Assembly: GCF_036365525.1 (NCBI RefSeq)
Contig: NC_090413.1
Span: 28,844,262 to 28,908,261 of the forward strand
Source: Heterodontus francisci
Taxonomy: Eukaryota
DNA: 64,000 bases
Reading direction: 5' to 3'
The notes beneath the pieces are model-generated. The model saw only the letters and a program-made list of their open reading frames with translations. It searched no databases and was not told where the DNA came from. Positions 25,897 through 39,089 of this stretch are shown here, one piece after another (the first letter of the stretch is position 1; each line of letters opens with the position of its first letter). The position numbers and the translations under genes are program-made.

Positions 25897-25963
25897 TTGT
25901 GATACTGAAAGTCAGGGTGAAGAAGTAAATATATTCATCGGGTGAAGTGATCCTGAAGCCCAT
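25897..25963 (-). CDS. Gene A probable leader (signal peptide) exon
   Basis: gagtcATGG (good Kozak context) MGFRITSPDEYIYFFTLTFSIT A|gtaggt; phase 1 joins the D1 exon giving ...SITTNVVG/FEV; unique sequence just downstream of a GAS cluster; hydrophobic core only moderate. Confidence 0.6.
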
Positions 25964-26066
25964 GACTCTGAGTTTGGGATTCTGCAGAATGCTGACTGTG
26001 TAGGGGTTGGAATCTGTGCTCGCTCTGAGCAATTCGGCTCAATGTTAATGAGAGTGACCTGTGTCC

Positions 26067-26077
26067 TTTCCCGGAAA
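26067..26077 (-). promoter_or_regulatory. Palindromic GAS/STAT element TTTCCGGGAAA
   Basis: 104 bp upstream of the putative ATG; further TTCN3GAA motifs at 26094-26102 and 26188-26196. Confidence 0.7.
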
Positions 26078-26285
26078 CTATTTGGGAACTGAGTTCAGAG
26101 AATCCAGAACTAACAATTCCATCGTCTCACATTAACATTTGATACATTGCCAGACTACTTAAAACGAATGTAGGACATTTCAATATTTTCAGGGAACACA
26201 GCAAAAATGTTCAAAACATAAAATCTATATGTTAAATGACGAATGCTGAGAAGAAAGTAAAAGGTGTATTACGTTTTGAGGAGAG

Positions 26286-27550
26286 ATGATGGCGTAGTGG
26301 TAATATCACTGAACTAGTAATCCAGAGGCCCAGGCTAATGTCCTGGGGAGAGGGGTTCAAATCCCACTGTGGCAGCTTTTTAAAATTTGTTCAAGGGATG
26401 TGGGCATCACTGGCTAGGACAGCAGTTATTGCCCATCTCTAATTGCCCTTGAGAAGGTGGTGGTGAGCTGCCTTCTTGAACCGCTGCAGTCCATGTGGGA
26501 TAGGTACACCCACAGTGCTGTTAGGAAGGGAGTTCCAGGATTTTAACCCAGCGACAGTGAAGAAATGGTGATATAGTTCCAAGTCAGGATGGTGCGTGTC
26601 TTGGGCGGCGCAGTGGTTAGCACCGCAGCCTCACAGCTCCAGCGACCCGGATTAAGTTCTGGGTACTGCCTGTGCGGAGTTTGCAAGTTCTCCCTGTGAC
26701 TGTGTGGGTTTCCTCCCGGTGCTCCGGTTTCCTCCCACATGTTAAAGACTTGCAGGTTAATAGGTAAATTGGCCGTTGTAAAAATTGCCCCTAGTGTAGG
26801 TAGGTGGTAGAAGAATTGAGGGAAAGTGGGGATGTGAGAGGGAAAAAATGGGATTAATGTAGGATTAGTATAAATGGGTGGTTGATGGTCGGTGTGGACT
26901 CATTGGCCGAAGGGCCTGTTTCAGTGCTGTATCTCTCTATGACACTCTGTGACTTGGAGGGGAACTTGTAGCTGGTGGTGTTCCCATGCATTTGCTGCCC
27001 TTGTCCTTCCTGGGTTTGGAAGGTGCTGTCTGAGGAGCTTTGGTGCATTGCTGCAGTGCATCTTGTAGATGGTACACACTGCTGCCACTATGCGTCGGTG
27101 ATGGAGGGAGTGAATGTTTGTAGATGGGGTGCCATTCAAGCGGGCTGCTTTGTCCTGGGTGGTGTCAAGCTTCTTGAGTGATGGAGCTGCACCAATCCAG
27201 GCAAGTGGAGAGTATTCCATCACACTCCTGACTTGTGCCTTGTAGATGGTGGACAGGCTTTGGGGAGTCAGGAAGTGAGTTACTCGCCTCAGGATTCCCA
27301 GCCTCTGACCTGCTCTTGTAGCCATGGTATTTATGTGGCTGGTCCGGTTCAGTCATAAAAACTCATCTGGGTCAATGATGCCCTTTAGGGAAGGAAATTC
27401 ACTATCCTACATGTGACTCCAGATTCACAGTAATGTCGTTGACTCTTAACTGCCCTCTGAAATGGCCTGGCAAGCCATTCAGTTGTCAAGGGCAATTAGG
27501 GATGGGCAACAAATGCCAGCGATGCCCACATCCCATGAAAGGGGAAAAAA
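26286..27550 (+). mobile_element. Triple nest: tRNA-derived SINE split by a family-B LINE fragment (-, ~26378-27355), itself split by an HE1-like SINE
   Basis: SINE head with A/B boxes (tggcgtagtggt...ggttcaaatccc) at 26286-26375; body and LINE-B-type tail resume at 27356-27550; other copies at ~42435-42820 (-) and ~55000-55180 (+). Confidence 0.75.
26603..26947 (+). mobile_element. HE1-like (V-SINE) tRNA-derived SINE
   Basis: gggcggcgcagtggttagcaccgcagcctcacagctccagcgacccgg head; CR1-type tail ggccgaagggcctgtttcagtgctgtatctct. Confidence 0.85.
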
Positions 27551-27886
27551 TATTTTGAGGGTTTTGCTTCTATTCACACACAATTCCTCACTGAGGGCTT
27601 AACTCAGAGAAAGAAATGGCTTCAATTATTGCCTCATGCCCAATCACTCATTGTGCTTACCTACTCACGCCTGGTTACCCATTGCTTGTGTCAATGGCAA
27701 AATAAAGTTTAGCCACTGGGATTGTTAAAACCCAGAGTTTATTTTCAGTAGGGTTTGTTTATAGTGGTTATGCTGTAGTTACATTGTTGAATACACTTGA
27801 GGGAGCAGTTGCTCTGGAGCAGCAGGAACAGTCCTGAAAATCAGGAAATGGCAGACTAGCTAAATAATTTGTATCATGCTTCACAG

Positions 27887-28355
27887 TAGAGGCCTGCTCA
27901 GGTCGGGAAAAAGGAACCCGTCCCGAACCCGACCGAACCACAGCGGACCTGAGCCCCACCTGGCCCGAGTCCCTCTGATTTTGCCCCGAGCCTGACCCAA
28001 CCCGAATCCCCCCTGACTCGACCCGACCTGAGCCTGACCCGACCATCTTTCCGACTCGGAACCTCCAAGAAGCTGCAGCGCATGCACGATGACGTCATAG
28101 TGACGCCACTCGCTCACTGCACAGACTCAGTTTCGTCCCAGACTCCCAGCTCAGGAAAGTTTTTTAATTTCAATACTTACCAGCAGAGCACTTACCATGT
28201 GTGTCCGGCCCAACCTGACCCAACGCGACCTGGACGCGGCCCGACCCAACCCAATCCGAGCCCGAAAGCCATCCCCTGAAGATGGGCCCGATCCGAACCG
28301 AACCTGACACATGTCATTGGGTCCCGTCGGGTTCGGGTCAGGTAGCAAGCCTCTA
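27887..28355. mobile_element. Complete hAT-like MITE
   Basis: Perfect 8-bp TSD CTTCACAG (27879-27886, 28356-28363); TIRs TAGAGGCCTGC/GCAAGCCTCTA; subterminal CCCGA repeats. Confidence 0.88.
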
Positions 28356-28439
28356 CTTCACAGTAGAGGATCAGCATAAAATACCAGAGATACAATGAAA
28401 AATAAAAATAAAATCAAGAGGAGGAACTTACTGAAAATC

Positions 28440-30620
28440 ATGATAGATAGATCTCAAGGACCTAATGGTTTCCACTCTAGAGTGTTAAACGAGGAAATTG
28501 TAGATGCTCTAGTCATGATCCTCCAAAACTCTCTCCATTAAGGAATTATCCCCTTGGATTGGAAATTTGCCAATGTCACTCCATTATGTAAGCGCGATAG
28601 AAGGAAAGTAGCAAATTACAGGTTATTGGTTTAATGACTGTTGCGGGGAAGTTACTTTAATTTGTTTTTAGGGCAGAGTGACTGAGCATTTGGACAAATT
28701 TGAGCTGATCAGTGAGAGCCAGCATTGGCTTGGAAAGGGTAAGTCATGTCTAATGAACCTAGATCAAATTCTTGAGGAGGTAACTAATGTGGTAGATAAG
28801 GGAGTTTATGAATGTTATTTATATGCATTTCCAGAAGGCATTCAATAAGCTTTCACATAAGGGACTGTTAACAAAAATGAGAGTGCATGGAATTGGAGAC
28901 AACCTATTGATATGGGTTGGCAATTAGTTAGGAAGTAGGAGACAGGGATTAGGGATATCTATTCAAATTGGCTGGATGTGTCAAGTGGTTTTCCCCAGGG
29001 ATTTGTACTGGTGCCTCAGTTTTTCACTGTATTTAGAATTGACATGATGAAAGAATAGGGAACTGTATATCTAAGGTTGCTGATGACACCAAGTTAGGTT
29101 GCATTGTAAAGAGTGGAGACAGAAGCAAGAAGTTGCAAAGGGACATTAATAGATTAAGTGAGTGGACAAAACTGTGGCAAATGGAGTTCAATGTGGGAAA
29201 GTGTGAAATCATCCACTTTGGACCTAAGATGGATCAAAGTATTTTCTAAATTTTGATAAGCTAGGAACTGTGAAGGAGCAGTGAGATTTAGGAGTCTTAG
29301 TACATAAATCATTAAAAGCTAGTGGACAGGTACAAAAGTACTTTAAAAGGCTAATGGAATGTTGGCCCTTATCTCAAGTGGTTGGAATAAAAAGGAGTGG
29401 AAGTTATATAACAGCTCTGGTTAGACCCCATTTAGAAAACTGTGTTAATTTCTGACTGCCATATCTCCGGAAGGATATATTGACCTTGGAGTACCAGGGC
29501 TAAAAGGGTTAAATTATGAGGACAGTTGCACAGACTCAGCTTGTATTTCCTTAAGTATAGAAGATTAAGGAGTGATCTAATTGACATAATTAAGATAATT
29601 GAGGAAGAGAATTCCAAAGACTCACAACCCTCTGCGAGAAAAATTTCTCTTCATCTCTGTCTTAAATGGGTGACCTCTTATTTTTAAACAGTGACCTTAG
29701 TTCTAGATTCTCCCACATCCACCCTGTCAAGACCCCTCAGGATCTTATATGTTTCAATCAAGTTGCCTCTTACTCTTCTAAACTGCAGCAGGTACAAGCC
29801 TAGCCAGTTCAATCTTTCCTCGTAAGACAGCTCGCCCATTCCAGGTATTAGTCTAGTAAACCTTTTCTGTACTGCCTCCAATGCATTTACATTCTTCCTT
29901 AAATAAGGAGACCAGTACTGTACACAGTACCCCAGATGTGGTCTCACCAATGCCCTGTATCGATGAAGTATAACCTCCCTACTTTTGTATTCAATTCCCC
30001 TCATGATAAACGATAATATTCTATTAGCTTTCCTAATTACATGCTGTACCTGCATGCTAACCTTTTGTGATTCATGCACTAGGACACCCAGATCCCTCTG
30101 TATCTCAGAGCTCTGCAATCTCTCACCATTTAGATAATATGCTTCTTTTTTATTCTTCCTGCCAAAGTGGACAATTTCACACTTTTCCACATTATACTCC
30201 ATTTGCTAGGTCTTTGCCCACTCACTTAACCTATCTATATCCCTTTGAAGCCCCCTTATGTCCTCTTCACAAGTTACTTTCCTACCTATCTTTGTGTCAT
30301 CAGCAAATTTAGCAACCATACCTTTGGTCCCTTCATCTAAGTCATTTATATAAATTGTAAGAAAGTTGAGGCCCCAGCACAGATCCCTGTGGCACAACAC
30401 ACATTACATCTTGCCAACCAGAAATGACCCATTTATGCCTACTGTCTGTTTTCTGTTAGCTAGCCAATCTTCTATCCATGCCAATATGTTACCCCCTACA
30501 CATTGAGCTTTTATTTTCTGCAATAACTTTTGATGTGGCACCTTATCAAATTCCTTCTGGAAAATTAAAACTAACGCATCAACTATCTCACTCGCCACTT
30601 CTTTTAAGACCCTAGGATAA
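28440..30620. mobile_element. Two convergent CR1 fragments (old + strand copy to ~29600, - strand copy after it)
   Basis: Degenerate RT motifs (ttccagaaggcattc, gctgatgacaccaag); ORFs 29684-30202 and 30206-30400. Confidence 0.85.
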
Positions 30621-31579
30621 AGCTGGGATTTCTCCTGCTTTTTATGGATAGGACATACCTGGGCAATTTTCCACATTGTCGGGTGGATGCTAGTGTCATA
30701 GCTGCACCAGAATAAATTAGCTGCCATGGCAGCTAGTTCAGTTACTCAATTCTTTAAACAATATATCTGTGTGCAGTCATAGTCCAAAGCCTCAGCACCT
30801 GATGCATGTAGCTGCTTCTTAATATTACATGGAGTGAATCATATTGTCTGAGCAATAGCATTTATGGTTTTGGAAAGCTTAGGAGGAGGTTGAGTGAGAT
30901 TATCAACTTGGTATTTCTGGATGAAGATACTTGCAAACTCATTAACTATCTCTCTTACACTCAAATGCTTGTCTTCATTGTGGTTGAGATTTGAGGATCT
31001 CATCGAACCTCCTTCTCCATTAGTGGCTTACTTGTTCACCGCTATTGTCACTACAACACCACTATTTTAGGGATGAAGCTGTACTCTAATCCTTTGGTTC
31101 TGTAATGCTTATCCTATAAGTATTGCTATATGGGAAAAAGCAGCAGGAAGCTCCAACGAACAGCTATTAAGAGGAATGATCAGATAATCGGTTATTGATT
31201 GTAATAGTTGAGGGAGTAATGTTGCTTAGAGAGGGCCCTGCTCATTTTTGAATAGTATCATGCAATCTTTTATAACTAACTGACCAGGTGGCCATCTCAA
31301 CCGTGAGAACAGCATGTCCAGCAATGTACCACTACAATCCTGCTTTGGAATGTCCTGGACTATAGGCTCAAGTGCTGGACTGACACTTGAGTCCAAAACC
31401 TTCTAACTCTGAAATGCAAACAAAGCAAAAATCTCGAAGAAATACTGAAGAATTGGAGTTCCTTATCCTAGCAAGATAATTATGAAGCCTTATTCAACAT
31501 GAGTCATAACAGTGGAACAAAAGTATATTGGATAGTTATTGGGTGTGATCAAAACTTGGATTAGTTATCTAGATAGGAT

Positions 31580-33508
31580 TTTTTATTCATTCATGGGAGC
31601 TGGCTAGGCCAGCTTTTATTGCCCATCCCTAATTGCCCTTGAGAAGGTGGTGGGGAGCTGCTTTCTTGAACCGCTGCTGTCTATGGGGGTAGGTACACCC
31701 ACAGTGCTGTTAGGGAGGGAGTTCCAAGATTTTGTCCCAGCGATGATGAAGAAACATCGATATTTTTCCAAGTCAGAATGGTGTGTGACTTGGAGGGGGA
31801 CTTGGAGGTGGTGTTCTCATGTGTCTGCTGCCCTTGTTCTTCTGATTGGTAGAGGTTATGGGTTTGGAAGGTGCTGTCGAAGGAGCCCTGGCAAGTCGAT
31901 ACAGTGCATCTTGTAGATGATACATACTGCTGCTACTGTGCGCCGGTGGTGGAGGAAATGAATGTTTAAGGTGGTGAATGGGATGCTGATCAAGTGGGCT
32001 GCATTGTCCTGGATAGTGTTGAGCTTCTTGAGTGTTGCTGGAGCTGCACCCATCCAGGCAAGTGGAGATTATTCCATCACACTTCGGACTTGCGCCTTGT
32101 AGATGGTGGACAGGCTTTGTGGAGTCAAAAGGTGAGTTATTTGCTGCAGAATTCCCAGCCTCTGACCTGCTGTTGTAGCCACAGTATGTATATGGCTGGG
32201 CCAGTTCAGTTTCTGGTTCAATGGTAACCCCTGGAATGTTGATGTTGGGATTTCAGTGATGGTAAGGATAATAAGGGCAAAATCCCTACATTCTTTCAAA
32301 CTGTCGTGATGCGGAAGGGGGTTTATATTTTTTACCTGGATAGAAGGGGGGACATGATTGAGGTGTACGAGATTATGAGGGGCATTGATAGGTTAGATAG
32401 GAGGAAACTTTTTACCTTCGTGGACGGGTCAAGAACCAGGGGGCATAGATTTAGGGTAAGGGGCAGGAGGTTGAGGGGAGATTTGAGGAAACATTTTTTC
32501 ACCCAGAGGGTGGTTGGAATCTGGAATGCACTGCCTGAAGAGGTGGTGGAGGCAGGAACCCTCACAACATTTAAAAAGTATTTAGATGAGCACTTGAAAT
32601 GCCATAGCATACAGGGCTATGGGCCAAGCGCAGGAATATGGGGTTAGAATAGTTTGGTGCTGTATGGCTGGCCGAAGGGCCTGTTTCTGTGCTGAATAAC
32701 TCTATGACTCTATCATTTAATCTTGTAAACTGATCAACTATTTTCTATCTGTATGCTGGCAATGTAGAAAATTACATAGGAATCATAACACAAAACAGGC
32801 TGTTTGACCCATTCAGCTAATGTTAGCATTTATCTTCTGCATGAGCAGCAGTCCCTAGTAATCTGTGCCCACCCTGTTCTCATCACACTTTATCACCTTC
32901 ACTGTCTTTGCTTCAATCACTAATTGTGGTACTGCATCCCACAACCTCCTGACTCCCCAAAGCCTGTCTACAATCTACAAGGCACAAGTCAGGAGTGTGA
33001 TGGAATACTTCCCACTTGCCTGGATGGGTGCAGCTCCAACAACACTCAAGAAGCTCAACACCATGCAGGACAAAGCAGCCCACTTGATTGGCACCCCATT
33101 TACAAACATTCACTCCCTTCACCACTGATGCACAGTGGCAGCAGTGTGTAACATCTACAACATGCACTGCAGCAACTCACCAAGGCTGCTTAGACAGCAC
33201 CTTCCAAACCCTCGACCTCTACCAACTAGAAGGACAAGGGCAGCAGATGCATGGGAACACCACCACCTGCAAGTTCCCCTCCAAGTCACACACCATCCTG
33301 ACTTGGAACTATATCGCCGTTCTTTCACTGTCATTGGGTCAAAATCCTGGAACTCCCTTCTTAATAGCACTGTGGGTGTACCTACCCCACATGGACTGCA
33401 GCGATTCAAGAAGGCAGCTCACCACCACCTTCTCAAGGGCAATTAGGAATGGGCAATAAATGCTGGCCTGGCCAGCGACGCCCACATCCCATGAATGAAT
33501 TAAAAAAA
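31580..33508. mobile_element. Family-B LINE fragments (31580-32270 -, 32945-33508 +) and a CR1 3' end (32340-32712 +)
   Basis: Shared ORF2 C-terminal peptides and tails. Confidence 0.85.
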
Positions 33509-34887
33509 CCTCACAGCCACCTATGTAAAAAATGTTTCTCCTGATATATGTCCTAAATCTCTCACATTTAATCGATAGACATGTCCTTTGGCTCTAGATC
33601 TTTAAAAGCACTGGTAACAGTCTGTTCCATCACTTCATAATTTTAAACATCTCGATCAAATCATCCCGCAAGCACAAAAACTGCCTGAGAAGGTTATTGC
33701 CAAGGTGACTAATGCCAGAGCTCTCCATAAACAGACACCAATGGAAATAAGGACTTATTTTGACTTTAACTAAGATTTCTTGAAAAATTCTATACTGCCA
33801 TTTACTAGTGTGAGATCAAATATTTCTGGAACATTAAACCTGTGCCGTTTCATTTCAACTCCATTACATTTTACATATTTTGTAAATTTAAATTTATACT
33901 AGTTTAGTTTATTTAAAAATGCATTTTTAAACCAGTTGTATGACAATGTTTTTGCTGATGATGCTACAGGCTGATTAGAAATCACTGGTGCCTACTGTGT
34001 TACTAGCAGATATGAAAGACTATCCACCTTGTTTTTCACATCTTGCTGGAGCACAACAGTACAGGGCCATGTTCACCCCAAAACTGCTCATTACCAAGCT
34101 CAGCAATAAAGTGACCTGGGATCAAAATAGAATCCTTACTGCATATACCGGCTTCTGGAATGTCACAGATAAATTGACAGACTGAAAAACACTCTGTTGG
34201 AACAAGGTACGAATGTAAATCAAACTGATTTATTGCACAAAGGATATAGAAATGCACAGAATTTAGGTTTTGTACTGAGAGGCATCTTTTTTTTAAACTG
34301 TTTTTCATGCAATCGAACAAAGGAACACAATTCTTTCACTCTCTAGGTCAAAATTCATTTTCAATTTGGCTGCCCCTATGTTAACCATACAACCATCAAT
34401 GGATAGTGGCATCCAGAGAAAAACAGAATAATAGTTTTAAAATGTTACATTTATATTTGAAGCAATATTAACATTACTTTTGAAACTAAAGCTTTGAAAA
34501 GTTACTTCATCCAAAATTTCCAATTGATTTTTACTATTTAAAATACAGTATTTTAGCACAATCAAGAACCTTCAAGCAAAAACAGGGGTCCGGTTAGCTC
34601 AGTTGGCTAGATGGCAAGAGGATGGTGCAAAATGATGCCAATAGCATGGGTCCAATCCCTGTACTGGCTGCAGTAGTTCATAGAGGCTTGCCTCCTTGCC
34701 TCACCCTATGCTTGCAGATTGGTGACCGTTAAGCTATATACCAACTTGTCACTTTCTCTTAATACAGAGAGATGCCTATGGTCCTTTGGGACTATGGCTA
34801 GCACAAAAAGAAACAAAGATTATTTGTTCACTGATACAAAATGTCACACCAAGGGGTTATAAACAAAGTTTTTGTCATTATTTATAA

Positions 34888-37800
34888 TCATAGAAAGTTT
34901 AAGGCACAGAAAGAAGCCACTTGGCCCATCGTGTCTGTGCTGGCTGAAAAACGAACCACCCATTTTAATCCCACCTTCCAGCATTTGGTCTGTAGCCCTG
35001 CAGATTGCGGCACTTGAGGTGCATATCCAGACTCCTTTTGAATGAGTTGAGGGTCTCTGCCTCAACTACCCTTTCAGGCAGTGCGTTCCAGACCTCCAAC
35101 ACCCTTTGGGTGAAAAAGTTTTTCCTCATCTCCCCTCTAATTTTTCTACCAATCACTTTAAATCTATGCCCCCCTTGTCACTGATCTCTCTGCTAAGGTG
35201 AATAGACCCTTCATCTGCACTCTATCCAGGCCCCTCACAATTTTGTACATCACAATCAAATCTCCTCTCAGCCTTCTCTGTTCCAAGGAGAACAACCCCA
35301 GCCTGTCCAATCTTTCCTCATAGCTGCATTTTTCCAGTCCTGGCAACATCCGCATAAATCTCCTCTGTATCCTCTCTAGTGCAATTACATTGTTGCGACC
35401 AGGTGAGAAAGAGGTCTAGGGTTCCCTTTCAGCCTTAACCTGATCTTACCGTAACAGGGTTTAATTTTAAACACAGTGTGTTTTTAGCAACCCCCCCTTG
35501 GTGAATCCTTGTTCACCGCTTTCCAATTATAAGGCAAAGAAACCAGCAAAAGCTGGTTTTCTTAGGTTTAAAGAACAAATATTGAAATGGGGTTACTTTC
35601 TCTTCAGACACAAAACCCTGATCACCTTCAGGAATCCTCCTAACTTTTCCTGCACTTGCAGTAGTAAGCTTCCTGGGTCTCACTCTTACTGCAGTTAAAG
35701 CCATGGCCTGTTCTTCTGTGCTTTCCATCAGGTTCCTGTCTTCACTGAGCAGGTGTGCCCTGATTAACCCTACAGGAATTTTCTTTATTTTCCAGCAGTC
35801 AGCTTTTAAATGCCCTGCCTTATTACAATGGAAGCACACAGGTCTCTGGGTCTCACTCTTGCTCACAGCAGCTTCCTTTTTGACTAGAGAAGGGCCCCCT
35901 GTATCTCCTGCTTTCCTTTCTCTCCCAGGACTGCTTGGGCTTCTGTCACTTTCCCACCCTTTGTCCTTTTTGGATTTGTGGGGGTGACTAGGAAAGGTTC
36001 TCCCCTGGGAAACTGACATAAATTAAAGCAAACTCATCGGCCAGAACGGCTGCTTGCCGGGCTCTCTGGACCTGCTGCTCCTCTACATGGGTCTTGATTG
36101 GAGAGTGGGAGAGAGTGTTTAAATTCCTCTAATGGGATTACTCCTTTGAGATTCTCATAGCTGAGCTGCATTTTAAAAGCCCTCAGCCACTGGTCAAAAG
36201 CCAGCTGCTTACTTCTTTCAAAGTCCAGATAGATTTAATTAGCTTGCTTCTTGAGGGTTCTAAACTTTTGGTATTAGGTTTCGGGTATTAATTCATATGC
36301 CCCGAGGATAGCATTTTTGGTCACTTCATAATTTGATGAACTCTCATCTGGCAACAGGGAATAAACCTCATGGGTTTTTCCAGTTAGCTTGCTTTGTAGT
36401 AAAAGAGGGCAGGTCTCAGCTGACCATTTTAGCTACCTTGCCAGTTTCTCAAAGGACACACAAAATGTTTCTACATCTTCCTCATTGAATTTTGGAATTA
36501 ATTGAGCTAGTTTTAACAATTTTGTACCCAGCCCTGAATTCCGCTTCTCCATATTGATCGTGCTTTCACTGGGGTTACTCTGTCGCCCCCTAGTTAACTA
36601 AAGCCCCTTCAGCTCTCTTTCTTCGCATTCCGTCCAGAATATTCTTTCTCTCTCTCTCTCTTGTTCCTTCTCCTGTCTTTCTCTCTCTCTCTTTCCTCTC
36701 CTTCTCTTCTGGAAGGCTCTCTTGTTCTCCCTCACCTGCCTCTCTCTTTCTCTGTCTTCTAATTCAAGTTTCCTTTGTTCTAATTGTATCTTTGCAAGCA
36801 GTACCCTGTCTGGGTCTGCTTCTAGCCCTGTTTCTGCTCCTTTCATATTCAAGGGAAAAATGGTTGGCCACTAGCCTTAGGAGTTCAGACTTCCTAGCCT
36901 TGCCACGTACAGTGATCCCACACTGCTTAGCCATTTTCCTCAACTCCTCCATAGTCAGTGCTTTTAACTTATCCCAAGTTACTTCACCCTGGCTTGGGGA
37001 GCTACTAGCTTCAGTTGCAGACACGTTAGTATTCAAGCACACACAACCACAAGAAAACCTGTATTGAAATATTGCTCTTTTTTGATTGGGAACAATTTGG
37101 CTTCCCACTTCCAATTTCTCTCATTTTGTCTGTGGGTCAATTCAGATGCTAGCGCCCAAATTTCTGTTATGACCAGGTGAGAAAGGGGTCCAGGGTTCCC
37201 TCTCAGCCTTCACCTGGTCTTACCATAACAGGGTTTAATTTTTAACACAGCGTGTTTTTAGCTCCCCCTTGGTGAATTGTTGTTCACCGCTTTCCAATTA
37301 TAAGGCAGAGAAACCAGCACAAACAGGCTTTCTTAGGTTTAAAGAGGAAAGATTGAAATTTCTTAAACTTAAACTCTAATTCAGTTGACGCCTACGGATA
37401 CATGACGCACCCATGCTAGCATGCATACGCGATATACACATGCAAAGAGAGACAGAAAAGAGAAGAAAAAATAAAATGAAAAGTTTGAGGCAATATCTGA
37501 AGAGTTTTTGTTACAGTTCTTCGAGCTCACTGTCGAGTCCTTGATTGTAGGTAGTTCTTGCTTTTCGTTGGGGCCCAGTACTATTCTTAAACCTTGTTCG
37601 CTGTTGGAGACTTTTCTCTCTTGGGGTTCATGTGTCTTCAGTAGATTCAGAGGCTTATGAGAAAGAGAAGGGAGCAGACAGGAGAGATCTTCTCAGTCCA
37701 GGAGAAAACAGACACTCTCTGAGTTCAAACTGATTGTACAATTCAGAAAAACCCAGGTTGTCAAGCAGGTTAGTCATGTGACTGACTGGTCTGACCATGT

Positions 37801-38315
37801 CTTGGATTGTATCACCTTAGCAGTCTCTGGAATGCTCTTCTTACACACAATACCTGGTGATCAAGGTCCATTGTGGGTTTAATGTGTTAGGGAATGGTCC
37901 TTTGTCCTTCCAATCACTGTCTGTTAACATGCAAATGTCTTTTCCAGCCACAGCTGATCTGTTTAACAAGTCCTTTCTTCGCTCCAGTAACAGTTTAAAA
38001 TTAATGTTCATGACAAAATTAATGTGCCTCATTCTTGGCATGTGGGAGCCTAGCATGACATATATCCTTTCTGTAATGAGGTGACCAGAAACTGCACACA
38101 GTACTCAACTTGTGGCCTAACCAATGAGTTATACAGTTCCAGCATAACCTGCATGCTCTAATATTCTATACCTTGGCTAATAAAGGAAAGGATTCCATAT
38201 GCCTTCTTAACCACCTTATCGACCTGTCCTGCTACCTTCAGGGTTCTATGGACATTCACTCTCTCAGTTCCTCTACACTTCTCAGTATTTTCCCATTTAT
38301 CATATATTCCTTTGC
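34888..38315 (-). mobile_element. CR1 3' fragment split by an LTR element
   Basis: CR1 sequence ...gcaattacat (35390) resumes at tatatcctttctgtaatgaggtgaccag (38061). Confidence 0.8.
35391..38060 (-). mobile_element. Internally deleted Gypsy (Gmr1-like) LTR retrotransposon: 5' LTR 37165-38060, decayed gag, truncated 3' LTR 35391-~35588
   Basis: TG...CA termini, TSD tacat/tatat, direct repeat 35391/37165; gag peptides IPKFNEEDVETF...YELIPET*YQKFR...FDQWL (SCAN-like capsid region) and CFHCNKAGHLKADC zinc knuckle; no pol. Confidence 0.85.
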
Positions 38316-39083
38316 CTCGTTTTTATCCCGAATTATTTATACAAACCTACAATTGTTCTGTCACATTAAGTGGCACTAGCCTACTTACTAAATTGGTGTA
38401 CTATAAATGGTGCACACATCCTAATATCTACAATGGAAATAAAAAGATTAAGCTCATAGAGTATGACTTTAAAATGGTGGCTGAATTACATCTGTGCACC
38501 CTGGTCCAAGTACCCCACACCCTATAATCCCACTTCTGAATGCTGCAGGAGATCAACTAATACATTATAACACAGTAGGTATACCTTTAAGGTACCTTAT
38601 TCATCAGTCACAAAAATCCTAGAATATTTAGAGCACAGAAGGAGGCCATTTGGCCCATCATGTCTGTGCCAGCTCTCTGCAAGAGGAAATATTTCTATTC
38701 AGATAATTATCCAACTCTCTTTTGAAAGCCTCGATTGAATCTGCCTCCACCACACTCTCAGGCAGTGCATTCCACATCCTAAACACTCGCTGTGTAAAAA
38801 AAGTTTATCTATCACAATGCCCATAACCGGATTCAAACCTGCAACCGTCTGATTACATCATGATCCACACAAACGTCATGACCATTAGGGTACATGACCA
38901 CATATTATTAGAGCTAAAAACAAATTTCACTCCTTAGGACTAATTCTGCAATCCCAGTGCAGAGACTGACTCACAGGGAGCATGTGGCAAAGAACTGTAT
39001 TATAGCCCTCTTACTGATCCGTGCTCACTGTGTGATTGGCTTCCTCCTGACAGCATAGAATTAATCCTTTCACTTTCATTTCA

Positions 39084-39089
39084 TTTATT
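39084..39089 (-). terminator. Candidate poly(A) signal of gene B
   Basis: First AATAAA I found on the minus strand after the stop, ~300 nt downstream. Confidence 0.35.

Noticed and set aside
26603-26670. tRNA genes (also 26286-26375 and 57665-57735)
   Set aside because: tRNA-derived SINE heads continuous with SINE bodies
27887-28355. CRISPR-like or satellite array
   Set aside because: Irregular subterminal repeats of a TIR/TSD-bounded MITE in eukaryotic DNA
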